From assembly GCA_944329355.1 (NCBI GenBank), contig CALVID010000004.1, positions 365 through 64,364 of the forward strand: a stretch of 64,000 nucleotides of DNA, given 5' to 3'. Source of the stretch: an uncultured Bacilli bacterium. Lineage in GTDB: Bacteria; Bacillota_I; Bacilli_A; RF39; UBA660. The notes below the pieces were generated by a model that made no database searches, was not told the DNA's origin, and was given only the letters and a program-made list of their open reading frames with translations. Both the position numbers and the translations under genes were made by a program. This document shows positions 35,550-46,258 of this stretch, in pieces; the stretch's first letter is position 1; each line of letters starts with the position of its first letter.

Positions 35550-36986
35550 TTATTTAATATTTTTAAGTACAAAAGTCTTAGTTCTACTCATCTCTTCAAA
35601 AGTAGTCATAACACCTTCATTACCAATTCCTGAATGTTTCCATCCACCAAATGGCATTTCAAATGGTCTAAAGAATGACGCACCATTAATGACTGCTCCA
35701 CCACACTCTAACTTATCAGCTACATATTGACATGTTTTCATATCTTTTGAAAATACACATCCACATAAACCATAGCTAGATTGGTTAGCAATCTCAATAG
35801 CTTCATCTAAATCTTCAAATTCGATTATTGGCACAACTGGACCAAAAATCTCCATATCTTTAGCTACATCCATATCTTTAGTAACAGAGTCTAATATAGT
35901 TGGTTCATAGAAAGCCCCTTTACGTCTTCCACCGAATACTAATTTAGCTCCAGCAGCCACTGTATCATTAACTTGTTTTTCAACATTAATAGCCGCTTGC
36001 TCACTAATTAAACATCCAATTTTAGCCTCTGGATCACTAGGCATTTTAACTGGAATACCTTTAAATGTTTCTACTAATTTATTTAAGAATTCTTCTTTAA
36101 CATCTTTATGAATAATAAATCTTTTAGATGCGCAGCACACCTGTCCAGTATTGTAAAGTCTACCCCAAACAATTTCCTTAACAGCTAAATCAACATCACC
36201 ATCTTTACATAAGATAAATGCATCATTACCACCCAACTCTAAAGTTACATGTGTAATATTTTTTGCACATTTAGCCATTGTTTCAGCACCAGCAATTGTT
36301 GAACCTGTTAAAGTAACCAAAGCTACACCTGGATTTTCAGCTAAAGCCTGTACAGCGTCCCCTCCAGCACCGTTAAGTAAATTAATAACGCCACCTGGAA
36401 CTCCAGCTTCCATTAATAACTCTACATACTTAGTTAAAGTAAGTGGATTATGAGCTGAAGGTTTTAAAATAACACTGTTACCCATAAGAAGTGCTGGTGG
36501 TACCTTTTGACAGAATAAATCACTTGGAAAATTAAATGGAATAACAGCCACCACAACACCTAGTGGATACTGTTCAGTATATTGAATATGATGCTCTTGT
36601 CCTGGCTCTACTCCAGCTGGAATAACCTTTCCATATTCGTGTTTAGCCTTTTCACAAAAAGCTGGAATTCCAATAGAAACATTCGCAATCTCACCAATAG
36701 CTTCACTGATAGGTTTACCAGTTTCTGCACTTAATAATTTAGCAAGCTCATCTTTATGTTCTTCTACTAATTTAACAAACTTCATTAAAATAGAAGCTCT
36801 TTCATGAATAGGTTTCTTCTCCCATTCTTTTTGACCTTTTTTAGCAGCCTCTACTGCCTTATCACAGTCTTCTTTAGTTGTATCAGGAACTGTATCGATT
36901 AACTCATTTGTAGCTGGATTATATACTTCAATAACTTTACCATCAGAAGCATCTACCCATTCACTACCTATTAAATTTTTAGCCAA
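35550..36986 (-). CDS. NAD(P)-dependent aldehyde dehydrogenase
   Basis: 'VTLELGGND' and the catalytic Cys in 'NTGQVCCASKR'. The TTG start directly abuts the FIST stop. Confidence 0.85.
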   Translation of the reverse strand: MAKNLIGSEWVDASDGKVIEVYNPATNELIDTVPDTTKEDCDKAVEAAKKGQKEWEKKPIHERASILMKFVKLVEEHKDELAKLLSAETGKPISEAIGEIANVSIGIPAFCEKAKHEYGKVIPAGVEPGQEHHIQYTEQYPLGVVVAVIPFNFPSDLFCQKVPPALLMGNSVILKPSAHNPLTLTKYVELLMEAGVPGGVINLLNGAGGDAVQALAENPGVALVTLTGSTIAGAETMAKCAKNITHVTLELGGNDAFILCKDGDVDLAVKEIVWGRLYNTGQVCCASKRFIIHKDVKEEFLNKLVETFKGIPVKMPSDPEAKIGCLISEQAAINVEKQVNDTVAAGAKLVFGGRRKGAFYEPTILDSVTKDMDVAKDMEIFGPVVPIIEFEDLDEAIEIANQSSYGLCGCVFSKDMKTCQYVADKLECGGAVINGASFFRPFEMPFGGWKHSGIGNEGVMTTFEEMSRTKTFVLKNIK

Positions 36987-38165
36987 TTATTCATTACCTC
37001 CAAACGCTGTATAAGAAAGTGATAATCCTCCAACAGTATTAGATGAATGATCTCCAGTTCCATACTCACCAAATGTAAATACCATTAAAAATTCTTTATC
37101 AGGAATAACCCTCTTAACTTCTGGATAAATCCTATCCTCAATTTGTGATAAAGCAAGGCCAAGTCTTCTTCCACCACAGTGAACTAAGAAATAAGAATTT
37201 ACATCACTTACCATTAATTTATTCAAATTATTAATAGTTTCCTCATTAGCTTTTAAAATCCCCTCTGGTGTATTAGAAAGTTGAATAACAGCCGTATTAA
37301 GAGCCAAATTAGCCCCAATATTCATAGATAAATCATCATTACCAAACATTGGATGACGAACAGCTGTAACTTTACCAATCGGATCTTTAACCCCAAGTGG
37401 TGCACAAATAGTTTCTGTAAGTAAATTATTACCCATTAAAGATTCTACTGTTTTGCCAGTCCACTCTGCATATTTCTTAAGTGCTGGTTCATGGTCGATT
37501 TCCACCAAAGTTCTCTCATCACGAACCTTAGTAATAACTCCAACATTACTAGTTTCATGGTAAGCTCCAGTATAAAGGTTTTTCATCTCACCTTTAGTAT
37601 AGAAAATAGCAATAGTTAAACCATCAGCAAAAGCCTCGCCATCATTTAAAATACTCCATTTTCCTTCAACTGTATTATCAGCAGCTGATCCACCAAATAC
37701 TGGAACATTACCAATAACATCTTGAATACCTTCTAAGTATTCTTCTTCGTTAGCTGGTGAAGCTGACATAAAGAAGAAATCTGGTTCAACATCTGCTCCT
37801 TTAACTTTACTAATAGCATCGCGAGCTACTCTTCTACCTACTTCTCTTGGAGTTTCGCTAGTTTGTGCACTACCGGCAGTAACAACCTCTAAATCTCCAC
37901 CAAAAAGCATCATACCTGAATAACCAGTTTCTTTATTTAAATATCCATCTTGTGTGCATATAGCAGCCGATGAAGTACATCCAATAACTGGTACATCCCC
38001 TAAAACACTTTTTGCTCCTTCCATAATTTTGTTTTGATCTTGCACGCAGCTTGTGAATAATAACCCAACTTGTGGATTTTCAATCACATTTGCCATTTCA
38101 GCTGTTTCAGCTCCAGATGCAAAAGCATCAACATTTTCACTGTAACCAACTTTTGTTTTCAACAT
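36987..38165 (-). CDS. FIST_N/FIST_C domain protein
   Basis: 'VGLLFTSC...PVIGCTSSAAI', 'VFGGSAADN' and 'FLVHCGGRRL' are FIST-like patterns. Confidence 0.6.
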   Translation of the reverse strand: MLKTKVGYSENVDAFASGAETAEMANVIENPQVGLLFTSCVQDQNKIMEGAKSVLGDVPVIGCTSSAAICTQDGYLNKETGYSGMMLFGGDLEVVTAGSAQTSETPREVGRRVARDAISKVKGADVEPDFFFMSASPANEEEYLEGIQDVIGNVPVFGGSAADNTVEGKWSILNDGEAFADGLTIAIFYTKGEMKNLYTGAYHETSNVGVITKVRDERTLVEIDHEPALKKYAEWTGKTVESLMGNNLLTETICAPLGVKDPIGKVTAVRHPMFGNDDLSMNIGANLALNTAVIQLSNTPEGILKANEETINNLNKLMVSDVNSYFLVHCGGRRLGLALSQIEDRIYPEVKRVIPDKEFLMVFTFGEYGTGDHSSNTVGGLSLSYTAFGGNE

Positions 38166-38185
38166 TAAATAACCTCCCTTTATTC

Positions 38186-39331
38186 TTAATAAGCTTCGTT
38201 AAATAAGCCTATTATATCCTCTTTAGTAACTTCTCTTGGATTACCTCCAGTACAAGGATCTTTAAATGCCTTTTCAGCCATAACTTCAAAATCCTCTTTT
38301 TTAACGCCAAGTTCACTTAAATGCTGAGGAACTCCAAGTTTAGTTTCTAACTCTCTAACAGCTTGAACTACAATATCTACACATTCCTCGTCGCTCTTAC
38401 CTTCTACATCTAAATCAAATGCTTTAGCCATAGCTCTAAATCTATCTTTACATGCCTCACCATTCCATTTTAAAACATAAGGTAAAAATAACGAACAAGC
38501 AATACCATGGGCGACATCATATGTTGCCCCAAGCTGATGCGCCATTGAATGAACAATTCCAAGGCCAACATTAGAAAAGCCCATACCAGCAATATATTGA
38601 CTTATGCCCATATTAATCATTGCATCTTTATCTTTACTAACAGCTTTCTCTAGATTATGATAAGTCATTTCCATACTCTTTAAATGGAACATATCTGTCA
38701 TCTCCCAGTGGGCCTTAGTAATATAACCTTCCATTGCATGAGTCAAAGCATCAAGTCCAGTTGCTGCCGCTGTCATCTTTGGCATACCTGCCATTAATTC
38801 CATATCGACAATTGATAATACTGGAATATCATGTGGATCCACACATACCCTTTTAACTACATTTTCCTCATCAGTAATAACATAGTTAATTGTTACCTCT
38901 GCTGCCGTACCAGCTGTTGTTGGTAACGCAATAATAGGTAAACTTGGATTTTTCGTATCTGCTGTACCTTCTAATGAATTAATATCATAAAATTCGGGAT
39001 TACGCATTACAATACCAATACATTTAGCCGTATCAATAACTGAACCACCACCAACTGCCACAATTACATCAGCTTTTTCTTTATCACAAAAATCGATACC
39101 TTCCTGACAATTAGAAATAGTTGGATTAGGTTTAACATCATCATATACAGCATAATCTACGTTACCTTCTATTTCTTTAATTACCATATTAGTTACTCCA
39201 CATTCCAAAAGTGTTTTATCAGTAACTAATAATACCTTTTTGAAATGTCTTTTCTTAATTTCTGGAACCAAATTTTCTCTAGCTCCCCATCCAAAATAAG
39301 ACGTTTCATTCAAAATTATTCTATTTACCAT
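38186..39331 (-). CDS. Iron-containing (group III) alcohol dehydrogenase
   Basis: 'VAVGGGSVIDTAK', 'LPTTAGTAAEVT' and 'GIVHSMAHQLG'. The start was moved to the ATG at 39331 (RBS AAGGTGG). Confidence 0.85.
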   Translation of the reverse strand: MVNRIILNETSYFGWGARENLVPEIKKRHFKKVLLVTDKTLLECGVTNMVIKEIEGNVDYAVYDDVKPNPTISNCQEGIDFCDKEKADVIVAVGGGSVIDTAKCIGIVMRNPEFYDINSLEGTADTKNPSLPIIALPTTAGTAAEVTINYVITDEENVVKRVCVDPHDIPVLSIVDMELMAGMPKMTAAATGLDALTHAMEGYITKAHWEMTDMFHLKSMEMTYHNLEKAVSKDKDAMINMGISQYIAGMGFSNVGLGIVHSMAHQLGATYDVAHGIACSLFLPYVLKWNGEACKDRFRAMAKAFDLDVEGKSDEECVDIVVQAVRELETKLGVPQHLSELGVKKEDFEVMAEKAFKDPCTGGNPREVTKEDIIGLFNEAY

Positions 39332-39456
39332 CGAACCACCTTCCATTCTATAATTAAATTATACCATTTTTTAAAACCCAATTTTATTTTTTCCACAGTT
39401 TTAATTAGGGAAAGTGCCAAAAAGCGTAAAGAAAAAAGATAATAAATTATCTTCCA

Positions 39457-40809
39457 TCATAAAAGAATAGTCATATAAACAGGTAAATATATTATTCCAT
39501 CATCTTCTTTATAATCACCTGTATGGATTATATAAGGCACAGCTAAATAATTATTGTATTTTTTTATAAACTTATTTAAAGAAGTCAATGTATAATTTTT
39601 TGAAGACTTAACTTCTATTGGCGAAATATTGTGTCTATTAGTAATTAAAGATTTTGAAATAAGAAAGTCAATCTCCATTCTATCATCACTATTATCTCTA
39701 GAACTATTAGAATAGAAAAATAATTTATGACCACTAGCCACTAACAGCTGTGCTACCACATTTTCAAGTATCATTCCACCATTATATTCTAGTTTATCAA
39801 ATAATATCTTTTTATAAATTTCTTCAGACACAATTCCATTTTCATCAAAAGAATGTGAAATTAAAAGTCCAGTATCGGCCATATAACATTTATAAAATGT
39901 ACTATCTAAATTTAAGGAAAGCCCTAAACTAGGTTCAGTTGTATTAAATGCTTGATTAACAATCATTGCATCATCAAGCCATAAAAAAGCATCTTCATAA
40001 TCTCTTGTTTTGGCATTTTTATCCAAAGAAGTAATTTTAAATTTTTTCTCATGTTTTTGTAACTGTGAAGGTATTTCGTCAAAAATACTTCTAACCTTCA
40101 AACTATATTTACCAGCATGTTTTATAATATCATCTCGGTACAAATTTAATATATTTCTTTTAATTTGATCAACCTTATTAAAATCTTTAGATTTCACATA
40201 CTCCTCCACTGCTTGAGGCATCCCTCCAACTATCATATACTGTCTAAAATAGTCCATGGCTTTTCTGTGAAAAACTTCACCTAATGCTCTTTTATCATTA
40301 AAACACTTTCTAATCAAATCCATCAAATTATCATTTCCCATAGCCCATAAAAATTCTTCAAAATCCATTGGATACATTTTTAAATGCTGTTCTTCCGAAG
40401 GAATTAAAATATCACTAACATTTTCTTTTATCGAAACAAGTGAACCAGTTTCAATATAATCATACCTTCCATCTGCTACTAAATATTTAATTGCCGACCT
40501 TGCTCTTGGATATAATTGCACCTCATCAAAAATTATTAAACTATCTCGCTTATACAATTTAACATTATAATAATTAGATAAATATAAAAATAAACTATCC
40601 AAATCATCTAAATATAAATCAAATAATTTTTTTATTTCTTCTGGGACTCTATTAAAATCAAGAAGAATATAACTCTTATAATTTTTTTTAGCAAACTCCT
40701 CAGTTATATAACTTTTTCCAGTTCTTCTAGCACCATCAATAAGTAAAGCCGTTTTTCCATTTGAATTATTTTTCCACTTAACTAACTTATCATAAATTTT
40801 TCTTCGCAT
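39457..40809 (-). CDS. AAA-type ATPase with a DUF4143-like, PD-(D/E)xK-like C-terminus
   Basis: Walker A 'DGARRTGKS', Walker B 'LIIFDEVQ' and C-terminal 'MEIDFLIS...ISPIEVKSSKNY'. Confidence 0.65.
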   Translation of the reverse strand: MRRKIYDKLVKWKNNSNGKTALLIDGARRTGKSYITEEFAKKNYKSYILLDFNRVPEEIKKLFDLYLDDLDSLFLYLSNYYNVKLYKRDSLIIFDEVQLYPRARSAIKYLVADGRYDYIETGSLVSIKENVSDILIPSEEQHLKMYPMDFEEFLWAMGNDNLMDLIRKCFNDKRALGEVFHRKAMDYFRQYMIVGGMPQAVEEYVKSKDFNKVDQIKRNILNLYRDDIIKHAGKYSLKVRSIFDEIPSQLQKHEKKFKITSLDKNAKTRDYEDAFLWLDDAMIVNQAFNTTEPSLGLSLNLDSTFYKCYMADTGLLISHSFDENGIVSEEIYKKILFDKLEYNGGMILENVVAQLLVASGHKLFFYSNSSRDNSDDRMEIDFLISKSLITNRHNISPIEVKSSKNYTLTSLNKFIKKYNNYLAVPYIIHTGDYKEDDGIIYLPVYMTILL

Positions 40810-40834
40810 AATATTGCCTCCTAATTACATTATA

Positions 40835-40918
40835 CACGAAATCAAGAATTTTACAACAATATTTTTACACCAAATCAAGATTTTTTAAATGCGATTTTCA
40901 CACCAAATCAAGAATTTT
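40835..40918. repeat. Three direct repeats CAC(G/C)AAATCAAGA(A)TTTT upstream of the 39457-40809 gene
   Basis: Copies at 40835-40853, 40868-40886 and 40901-40918, read directly. Confidence 0.8.
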
Positions 40919-40920
40919 CA

Positions 40921-40947
40921 AAAAAATAGGCCTCAAAAACCTATTTT
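40921..40947 (-). terminator. Terminator of the ArsC-family gene
   Basis: Minus strand reads AAAATAGG, a loop, CCTATTTT, then a T-run. It overlaps the stop at 40941. Confidence 0.5.
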
Positions 40948-41279
40948 AAACTATCATAATTCTTAAAACCTGGAATAATTTTTTTACCAATAATAAGTGG
41001 TCTTTTTATAAGCATACCATCACTAGAAAGCAACTTAACTTTCTCATCAAAATTCATATTATCTAACTTATCTTTTAGTCCAAGTTCTCTATATTTATTG
41101 CCAGAAGTATTAAAAAATTTTTTAATATCTAAACCACTTTCTTTTACCCATTTACTAAGCTCTTCTTCTGTGGGTGTTTCTAAAACAATATCCCTTAAAG
41201 TATATTTAATCCCGTTATCATCTAGCCATTTCTTAGCTTTTTTACATGTCGAACACTTCGGATACCATATAAATATCAT
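40941..41279 (-). CDS. ArsC/Spx-family thioredoxin-fold protein
   Basis: 112 aa: 'IWYPKCSTCKKAKKWLDDNGIKYTLRDI...LIKRPLI'. Confidence 0.7.
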   Translation of the reverse strand: MIFIWYPKCSTCKKAKKWLDDNGIKYTLRDIVLETPTEEELSKWVKESGLDIKKFFNTSGNKYRELGLKDKLDNMNFDEKVKLLSSDGMLIKRPLIIGKKIIPGFKNYDSLK

Positions 41280-42010
41280 AAATTCTCCTTTAATTCATTA
41301 TATTTTTTCATAAACTTATTATATAACTCATCACATTTATCTTTATCCATCTCAGGCGTACCTTCTAAAGGATTCAAATAATTAAGTTCATCATACTTAG
41401 AAAAACCCAAATGATGAAATGGTAAAAACTCTATTTTTTGAACATTCTTAATTTTCAAAATATACTTAGCTAAACTATTAATATATTCTTCACTATCCAT
41501 CATCCCAGGCACAATAACCTGACGAATCCATACATCCTTACCACTTTTATTTAACTCTTGAATAAATCTTTCACTTTCAAGCATATTATGACTAGTTAAC
41601 TTTTCATAACCATCCCCATCAGTATATTTAACATCAAATATAACTAAGTCCACTAAATCTAAGATTTCTTTATAATTACCTAAACCAACACCAGCTGTAT
41701 CTAAAGCAATATTAATTCCTTCTTTTTTAAGTAACCGACAGCACTCAAGCAAAAAATCTATTTGTAAAAGTGGTTCTCCACCAGAAAAAGTTACCCCACC
41801 TTTTTTACCAAAATAAGGTTTATTTCTAATTATCTTTTTAACTAACTCCTCTGGTGTATAATTATCCTTACCCTTAGTCCACATTTCTGGATTATGGCAA
41901 TATAAACATCTTAGCTTACATCCCGTCAAAAACACAACCGTTCTAATACCAGGGCCATCAACTAGGCCCATAGTCTCAATCGAATCAACCGAACCACTAC
42001 ATTTTTTCAT
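41276..42010 (-). CDS. pflA: Pyruvate formate-lyase activating enzyme
   Basis: '[26 protein letters not shown]' is a radical-SAM CxxxCxxC motif. It is downstream of pflB. The start is set at 42010. Confidence 0.9.
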   Translation of the reverse strand: MKKCSGSVDSIETMGLVDGPGIRTVVFLTGCKLRCLYCHNPEMWTKGKDNYTPEELVKKIIRNKPYFGKKGGVTFSGGEPLLQIDFLLECCRLLKKEGINIALDTAGVGLGNYKEILDLVDLVIFDVKYTDGDGYEKLTSHNMLESERFIQELNKSGKDVWIRQVIVPGMMDSEEYINSLAKYILKIKNVQKIEFLPFHHLGFSKYDELNYLNPLEGTPEMDKDKCDELYNKFMKKYNELKENL

Positions 42011-44228
42011 GGAATGTCCTTGCAATAACTTCCTCTTGTTGTTTTCTTGTAAGTCTATTAAATCTAACGGCGTAACCAGATACTCTAATTGTTAAAAGTG
42101 GATATTTATCAGGATTGTTCATTGCATCTACTAACATTTCTCTATTTAAAACATTAACATTTAAATGATGAGCTCCTTGAACAAAATAACCATCAAGTAA
42201 AGAAACTAAATTTTCCACTCTCTCTTCTAAAGAATGACCTAAAGAAGATGGAACAATACTAAATGTATTAGAAATACCATCACGGCAACAATTCGCATAA
42301 TCAAGTTTAGCTACCGAATTAAGTGAGGCAATAGCTCCACTACTATCTCTACCATGCATTGGATTAGCACCAGGTGCGAAAGCCTCACCAGCTTTTCTAC
42401 CATCAGGAGTAGCTCCAGTTTTTTCACCATAAACCACATTAGAAGTAATAGTAAGTACTGATAAAGTAGGATGGGCATTTCTATAACATTTATGTTTAGA
42501 AAGTTCCTTAAACATCTTATCTAATATTTCTTTCGCAATATTATCTACCCTATCATCATCATTACCATATTTAGGATAATCTCCATCTATCTCAAAATCT
42601 ATAGCAATTCCTTCTTCATTTCTAATTGGTCTAACCTTCGCATACTTAATAGCTGAAAGTGAATCAGTTGCCACTGAAAGTCCAGCCACACCATAAGCCA
42701 TTAGTCTATTGACATCCGTATCGTGTAAAGCCATTTGTCCGGCTTCATAGGCATATTTATCATGCATATAATGAATAATATTCATTGCATTAGAATAAAT
42801 CTCTGCTTCTTTTTCAATCATTTTAAAGTAAGCTTCTTTAACCTTATCATAATCAAGTATCTCATCAGTCATCTTTTCAAAACCTTCGACAACTAACTCC
42901 CCAGTTCTCTCGTCGGTACCACCATTAATTGCATATAAAAGTGATTTAGCCAAATTACATCTAGCTCCAAAGAACTGCATGTCCTTACCCTCACGCATTG
43001 CCGAAACGCAGCACGCAATCGCATAATCATCGCCATATATAGGTCTCATAACATCATCATTTTCATATTGAATAGCGTCTGTTGCAATACTCATTTTTGC
43101 ACAGTATTTCTTAAAAGCCTCAGGTAACTTAACAGACCATAAAACCGTCATATTAGGTTCTGGTGAAGTATCCAAATTAGTTAAAGTATTTAAAATTCTA
43201 TAGCTTGTTTTCGTAACCATGCTTTCGCCTTCATTAGTAATTCCACCAATAGAGCACGTTACCCAAGTTGGATCTCCAGAAAATAACTCATCATAATCAG
43301 GAGTTCTTAAATGCCTAACAAGTCTAAGTTTAATAACAAACTGATCAATTAACTCTTGAATTTCTTCTTCTGTAATTAAACCTTCTTTTAAATCTCTTTC
43401 AAAATAAATATCAAAAAACGCATCAACACGGCCTAAACTCATAGCTGCCCCATTATTTTCCTTAACAGAAGCTAAATAACCAAAGTAAGTCCACTGCACA
43501 GCCTCTTTAGAATTAGTAGCCGGCCTAGAAATATCAAATCCATATCTTGCAGCCATCTTCTTAATCTCATCTAAAGCTCTATACTGCATTGAAACTTCTT
43601 CCCTAAGTCTAATTAAATCATCAGTCATTGGACCTAATAACTTGTTATCCCATTCATTTTTCTTTTGCTGCATCAAATAATCAATACCATATAAAGCTAC
43701 TCTTCTATAATCACCTATAATCCTTCCTCTACCATAAGCATCAGGAAGTCCTGTAAGTAAACCATTATGTCTTGCTCTTCTAATTTCATCAGTATAAACA
43801 TCAAAAACGCCTTGATTGTGTGTCTTTCTAAACTCATTAAAATATTTATCAACAGTTGGATCTAATTTATAACCATAAGCATCAAGTTCTTGATAAACCA
43901 TTCTAATACCACCATAAGGATTAACCATTCTCTTAAGTGGTGCATCCGTTTGCAGACCAACAATTACATCATCATCTTCATTAATATAACCAGGTTCAAA
44001 AGCATTAATACCGCTCATATGAAGTGTATCAATATCTAAAACATGCTTTTTTAATTCCTCTTTTAAAAGTTCAGAACATTTTCCCCAAACACTATCAGTC
44101 TTTTTAGTAGTACCTTTCAAAAATGATTCATCACCATCATATTTTGTATAATTAGATTTAATGAAATCACTAACATTAATTTCATTCATCCATTTTCCTT
44201 CTTTAAAATTTTTCCACGCTTCCATCAT
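41997..44228 (-). CDS. pflB: Formate C-acetyltransferase (pyruvate formate-lyase)
   Basis: Active-site 'ACCVSAM' and the glycyl-radical motif 'RVSGYAVRF'. The start is set at the ATG at 44228. Confidence 0.95.
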   Translation of the reverse strand: MMEAWKNFKEGKWMNEINVSDFIKSNYTKYDGDESFLKGTTKKTDSVWGKCSELLKEELKKHVLDIDTLHMSGINAFEPGYINEDDDVIVGLQTDAPLKRMVNPYGGIRMVYQELDAYGYKLDPTVDKYFNEFRKTHNQGVFDVYTDEIRRARHNGLLTGLPDAYGRGRIIGDYRRVALYGIDYLMQQKKNEWDNKLLGPMTDDLIRLREEVSMQYRALDEIKKMAARYGFDISRPATNSKEAVQWTYFGYLASVKENNGAAMSLGRVDAFFDIYFERDLKEGLITEEEIQELIDQFVIKLRLVRHLRTPDYDELFSGDPTWVTCSIGGITNEGESMVTKTSYRILNTLTNLDTSPEPNMTVLWSVKLPEAFKKYCAKMSIATDAIQYENDDVMRPIYGDDYAIACCVSAMREGKDMQFFGARCNLAKSLLYAINGGTDERTGELVVEGFEKMTDEILDYDKVKEAYFKMIEKEAEIYSNAMNIIHYMHDKYAYEAGQMALHDTDVNRLMAYGVAGLSVATDSLSAIKYAKVRPIRNEEGIAIDFEIDGDYPKYGNDDDRVDNIAKEILDKMFKELSKHKCYRNAHPTLSVLTITSNVVYGEKTGATPDGRKAGEAFAPGANPMHGRDSSGAIASLNSVAKLDYANCCRDGISNTFSIVPSSLGHSLEERVENLVSLLDGYFVQGAHHLNVNVLNREMLVDAMNNPDKYPLLTIRVSGYAVRFNRLTRKQQEEVIARTFHEKM

Positions 44229-44330
44229 ATACACCTACCTTCTACTCCTAAATTATAATCTTTTAAGTAAGCATTAGTCAACCAAATAAATATGTTTCAC
44301 AAAAAAATACAAGTTTTTTTAAACTCGTAA

Positions 44331-44558
44331 TTATCCATTTATAATATTATTAACCTCATAAAGAATATCATCTATTTGATTTATAATATCTTCTACTAAA
44401 TAAACATCTTTACAATCGGTAATGTCATCACTTGAAAAATTCTCATCAATATTTTCCCACTGATCATATATTTTCCCAATCAAAGTTTTCAAATTAAAAT
44501 TATCCAACACAAAAATAAATTCTTTGGAGAATCTTTCAGTATTTCTACATAAAATCAC
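44331..44558 (-). CDS. Small acidic hypothetical protein
   Basis: 75 aa, 5 nt downstream of the ORF6N gene. No recognised motif. Confidence 0.35.
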   Translation of the reverse strand: MILCRNTERFSKEFIFVLDNFNLKTLIGKIYDQWENIDENFSSDDITDCKDVYLVEDIINQIDDILYEVNNIING

Positions 44559-44562
44559 TTTT

Positions 44563-45450
44563 TTATTTTATTTTTTTAACTTTATTCAAAAGCAAGTTAC
44601 AAACTTCATCATCACCAATTAACGTAATAGAAAACGTTTTATAACCTATTCTATTTATGCTTGCACCACAGTGATAAACCGTTTTTCTATCTAAAATAAA
44701 ATATCTATCATGAAAACTATTATCAAACTTAACTTTTAAATTCTTATATTGCTTATTATATTTTAAAATGTCTTGCCTAGTTAATAAATTATTTGGTTTA
44801 GTTATAATTTTAACATCTACTTTTAATCTTTTAACAATATCTAAAATAGTATTATCTGCATACCCATCTATTATAATAAGTTCTTCCTTAGCCTCCTTAA
44901 ATATATCTTGAATTTTAAAGTATGCATCATAAATCTGACCATCAAAATATATTTCATTTACTTTCTCCTTTTCTTCTAACTTATTAAAAGATTCTTCTAA
45001 AACTTTAATTTTATCATGATCTTCCAGTACCATATTATTAATATATTTTTGTTCAAGAAAATTAGATGATATATACTTTCTCATAGCTACAAAAGCATCC
45101 ATAATCTTTATACTGACATCTTCTGCAACCTTCGTCCTAAGAACAGTTGCAAGCATAGCTACTCCTTGTTTTGTAAAAACATATGGCAAATATTTAATAT
45201 TATGTCCTCTTTCTTTCAAGGTTTCAAATTGAAACCTTGAACAATTTTTTACTTCTTCCTCAGTCAATCTAAACATAAATCTTTCTGGGAATCTATTGAT
45301 ATGCCTTTTAACAGCTAAATTAATAGTCTTAGTTCCATTCACACATTCATAAAGTCTAGCCAAATCACTATCAAACATCACTTGTTTTCCTCTTATCTCA
45401 TAAATTAAATTTTCTATTTTTATATCATCCTTATTAATAATTTCATTCAT
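44563..45450 (-). CDS. ORF6N (KilA-N-like) DNA-binding domain protein with a PLD-like 'HDR' C-terminal domain
   Basis: 'IRGKQVMFDSDLARLYECVNGTKTINLAVKRHINRFPERFMFRLTEEE...LPYVFTKQGVAMLATVLR', then 'LIIIDGYADN...FHDRYFILDRKTVYHCGASINRIG'. Confidence 0.7.
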   Translation of the reverse strand: MNEIINKDDIKIENLIYEIRGKQVMFDSDLARLYECVNGTKTINLAVKRHINRFPERFMFRLTEEEVKNCSRFQFETLKERGHNIKYLPYVFTKQGVAMLATVLRTKVAEDVSIKIMDAFVAMRKYISSNFLEQKYINNMVLEDHDKIKVLEESFNKLEEKEKVNEIYFDGQIYDAYFKIQDIFKEAKEELIIIDGYADNTILDIVKRLKVDVKIITKPNNLLTRQDILKYNKQYKNLKVKFDNSFHDRYFILDRKTVYHCGASINRIGYKTFSITLIGDDEVCNLLLNKVKKIK

Positions 45451-46099
45451 AATAAACCTCCAAATCTTTTAATTTACCATCATAAAGTAAACTGACAATA
45501 TCTATCACTTCTTCTTTACACCCCAACTTTTCCGCATACACAAACAACTTTTTCATATCTCTTTTACCACTTTTCAAATATTTTTTAATACTATACTTCA
45601 CCATTTCTAAATCTAGTCTTTTAAGGGATTTAATAACATCACATATCGACCTTTCCAAATCATAAGCTTTAACTTTATTACCAAACTTAGTTTTAATTTC
45701 TATAAGCCCAAGCTCATAAATATCTTTACTAACATAAAATACATTATGTTTTTTTAACTTATAATTAAAATAATTATTACAAACAGTAATATCAAATTTA
45801 CCACTTTTGTTCTTAGAAAAACCTTGAAGAAAAAGAGCCGAAAAATGCGAATAAATAACATTTGGTAAATCTAAAGAAAATATAAAATAATCATCTTCCA
45901 TTTTATCAGTACTCATATAAATACCAGTTCCAACTTTCTTTATCAAACCTTTTTCCACCATAATTTTTAAATACATTCTGTGTATTCCAAGACTAGTTAA
46001 TAATTTAGAAGTAACATAACCATTATTAATATTAAGTAATTCTTTAATAATATCTACAAAACTATTTTTTTTAAATTCACTTATACCAATATTTTCCAT
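45443..46099 (-). CDS. AbiEi-like (type IV TA antitoxin family) wHTH protein
   Basis: 'GYVTSKLLTSLGIHRMYLKIMVEKGLIKKVGTGIYM' matches the AbiEi N-terminal pattern. The start was moved to 46099 (RBS AAAGGCGG). There is an 8-nt overlap with the next gene. Confidence 0.5.
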   Translation of the reverse strand: MENIGISEFKKNSFVDIIKELLNINNGYVTSKLLTSLGIHRMYLKIMVEKGLIKKVGTGIYMSTDKMEDDYFIFSLDLPNVIYSHFSALFLQGFSKNKSGKFDITVCNNYFNYKLKKHNVFYVSKDIYELGLIEIKTKFGNKVKAYDLERSICDVIKSLKRLDLEMVKYSIKKYLKSGKRDMKKLFVYAEKLGCKEEVIDIVSLLYDGKLKDLEVYYE

Positions 46100-46258
46100 A
46101 CTACCGCCTTTACTAATTTTAAACAAATATAACAAATATCATTAAAAAAATCAAATTAAAATCAAAAAAATATAAATTATAAAACCTATGATTCCTTTAC
46201 ATTAATAAAAGTCAAATATTGATTTTAAAAACAGCATGACATTAACTTTAAATTAGTC

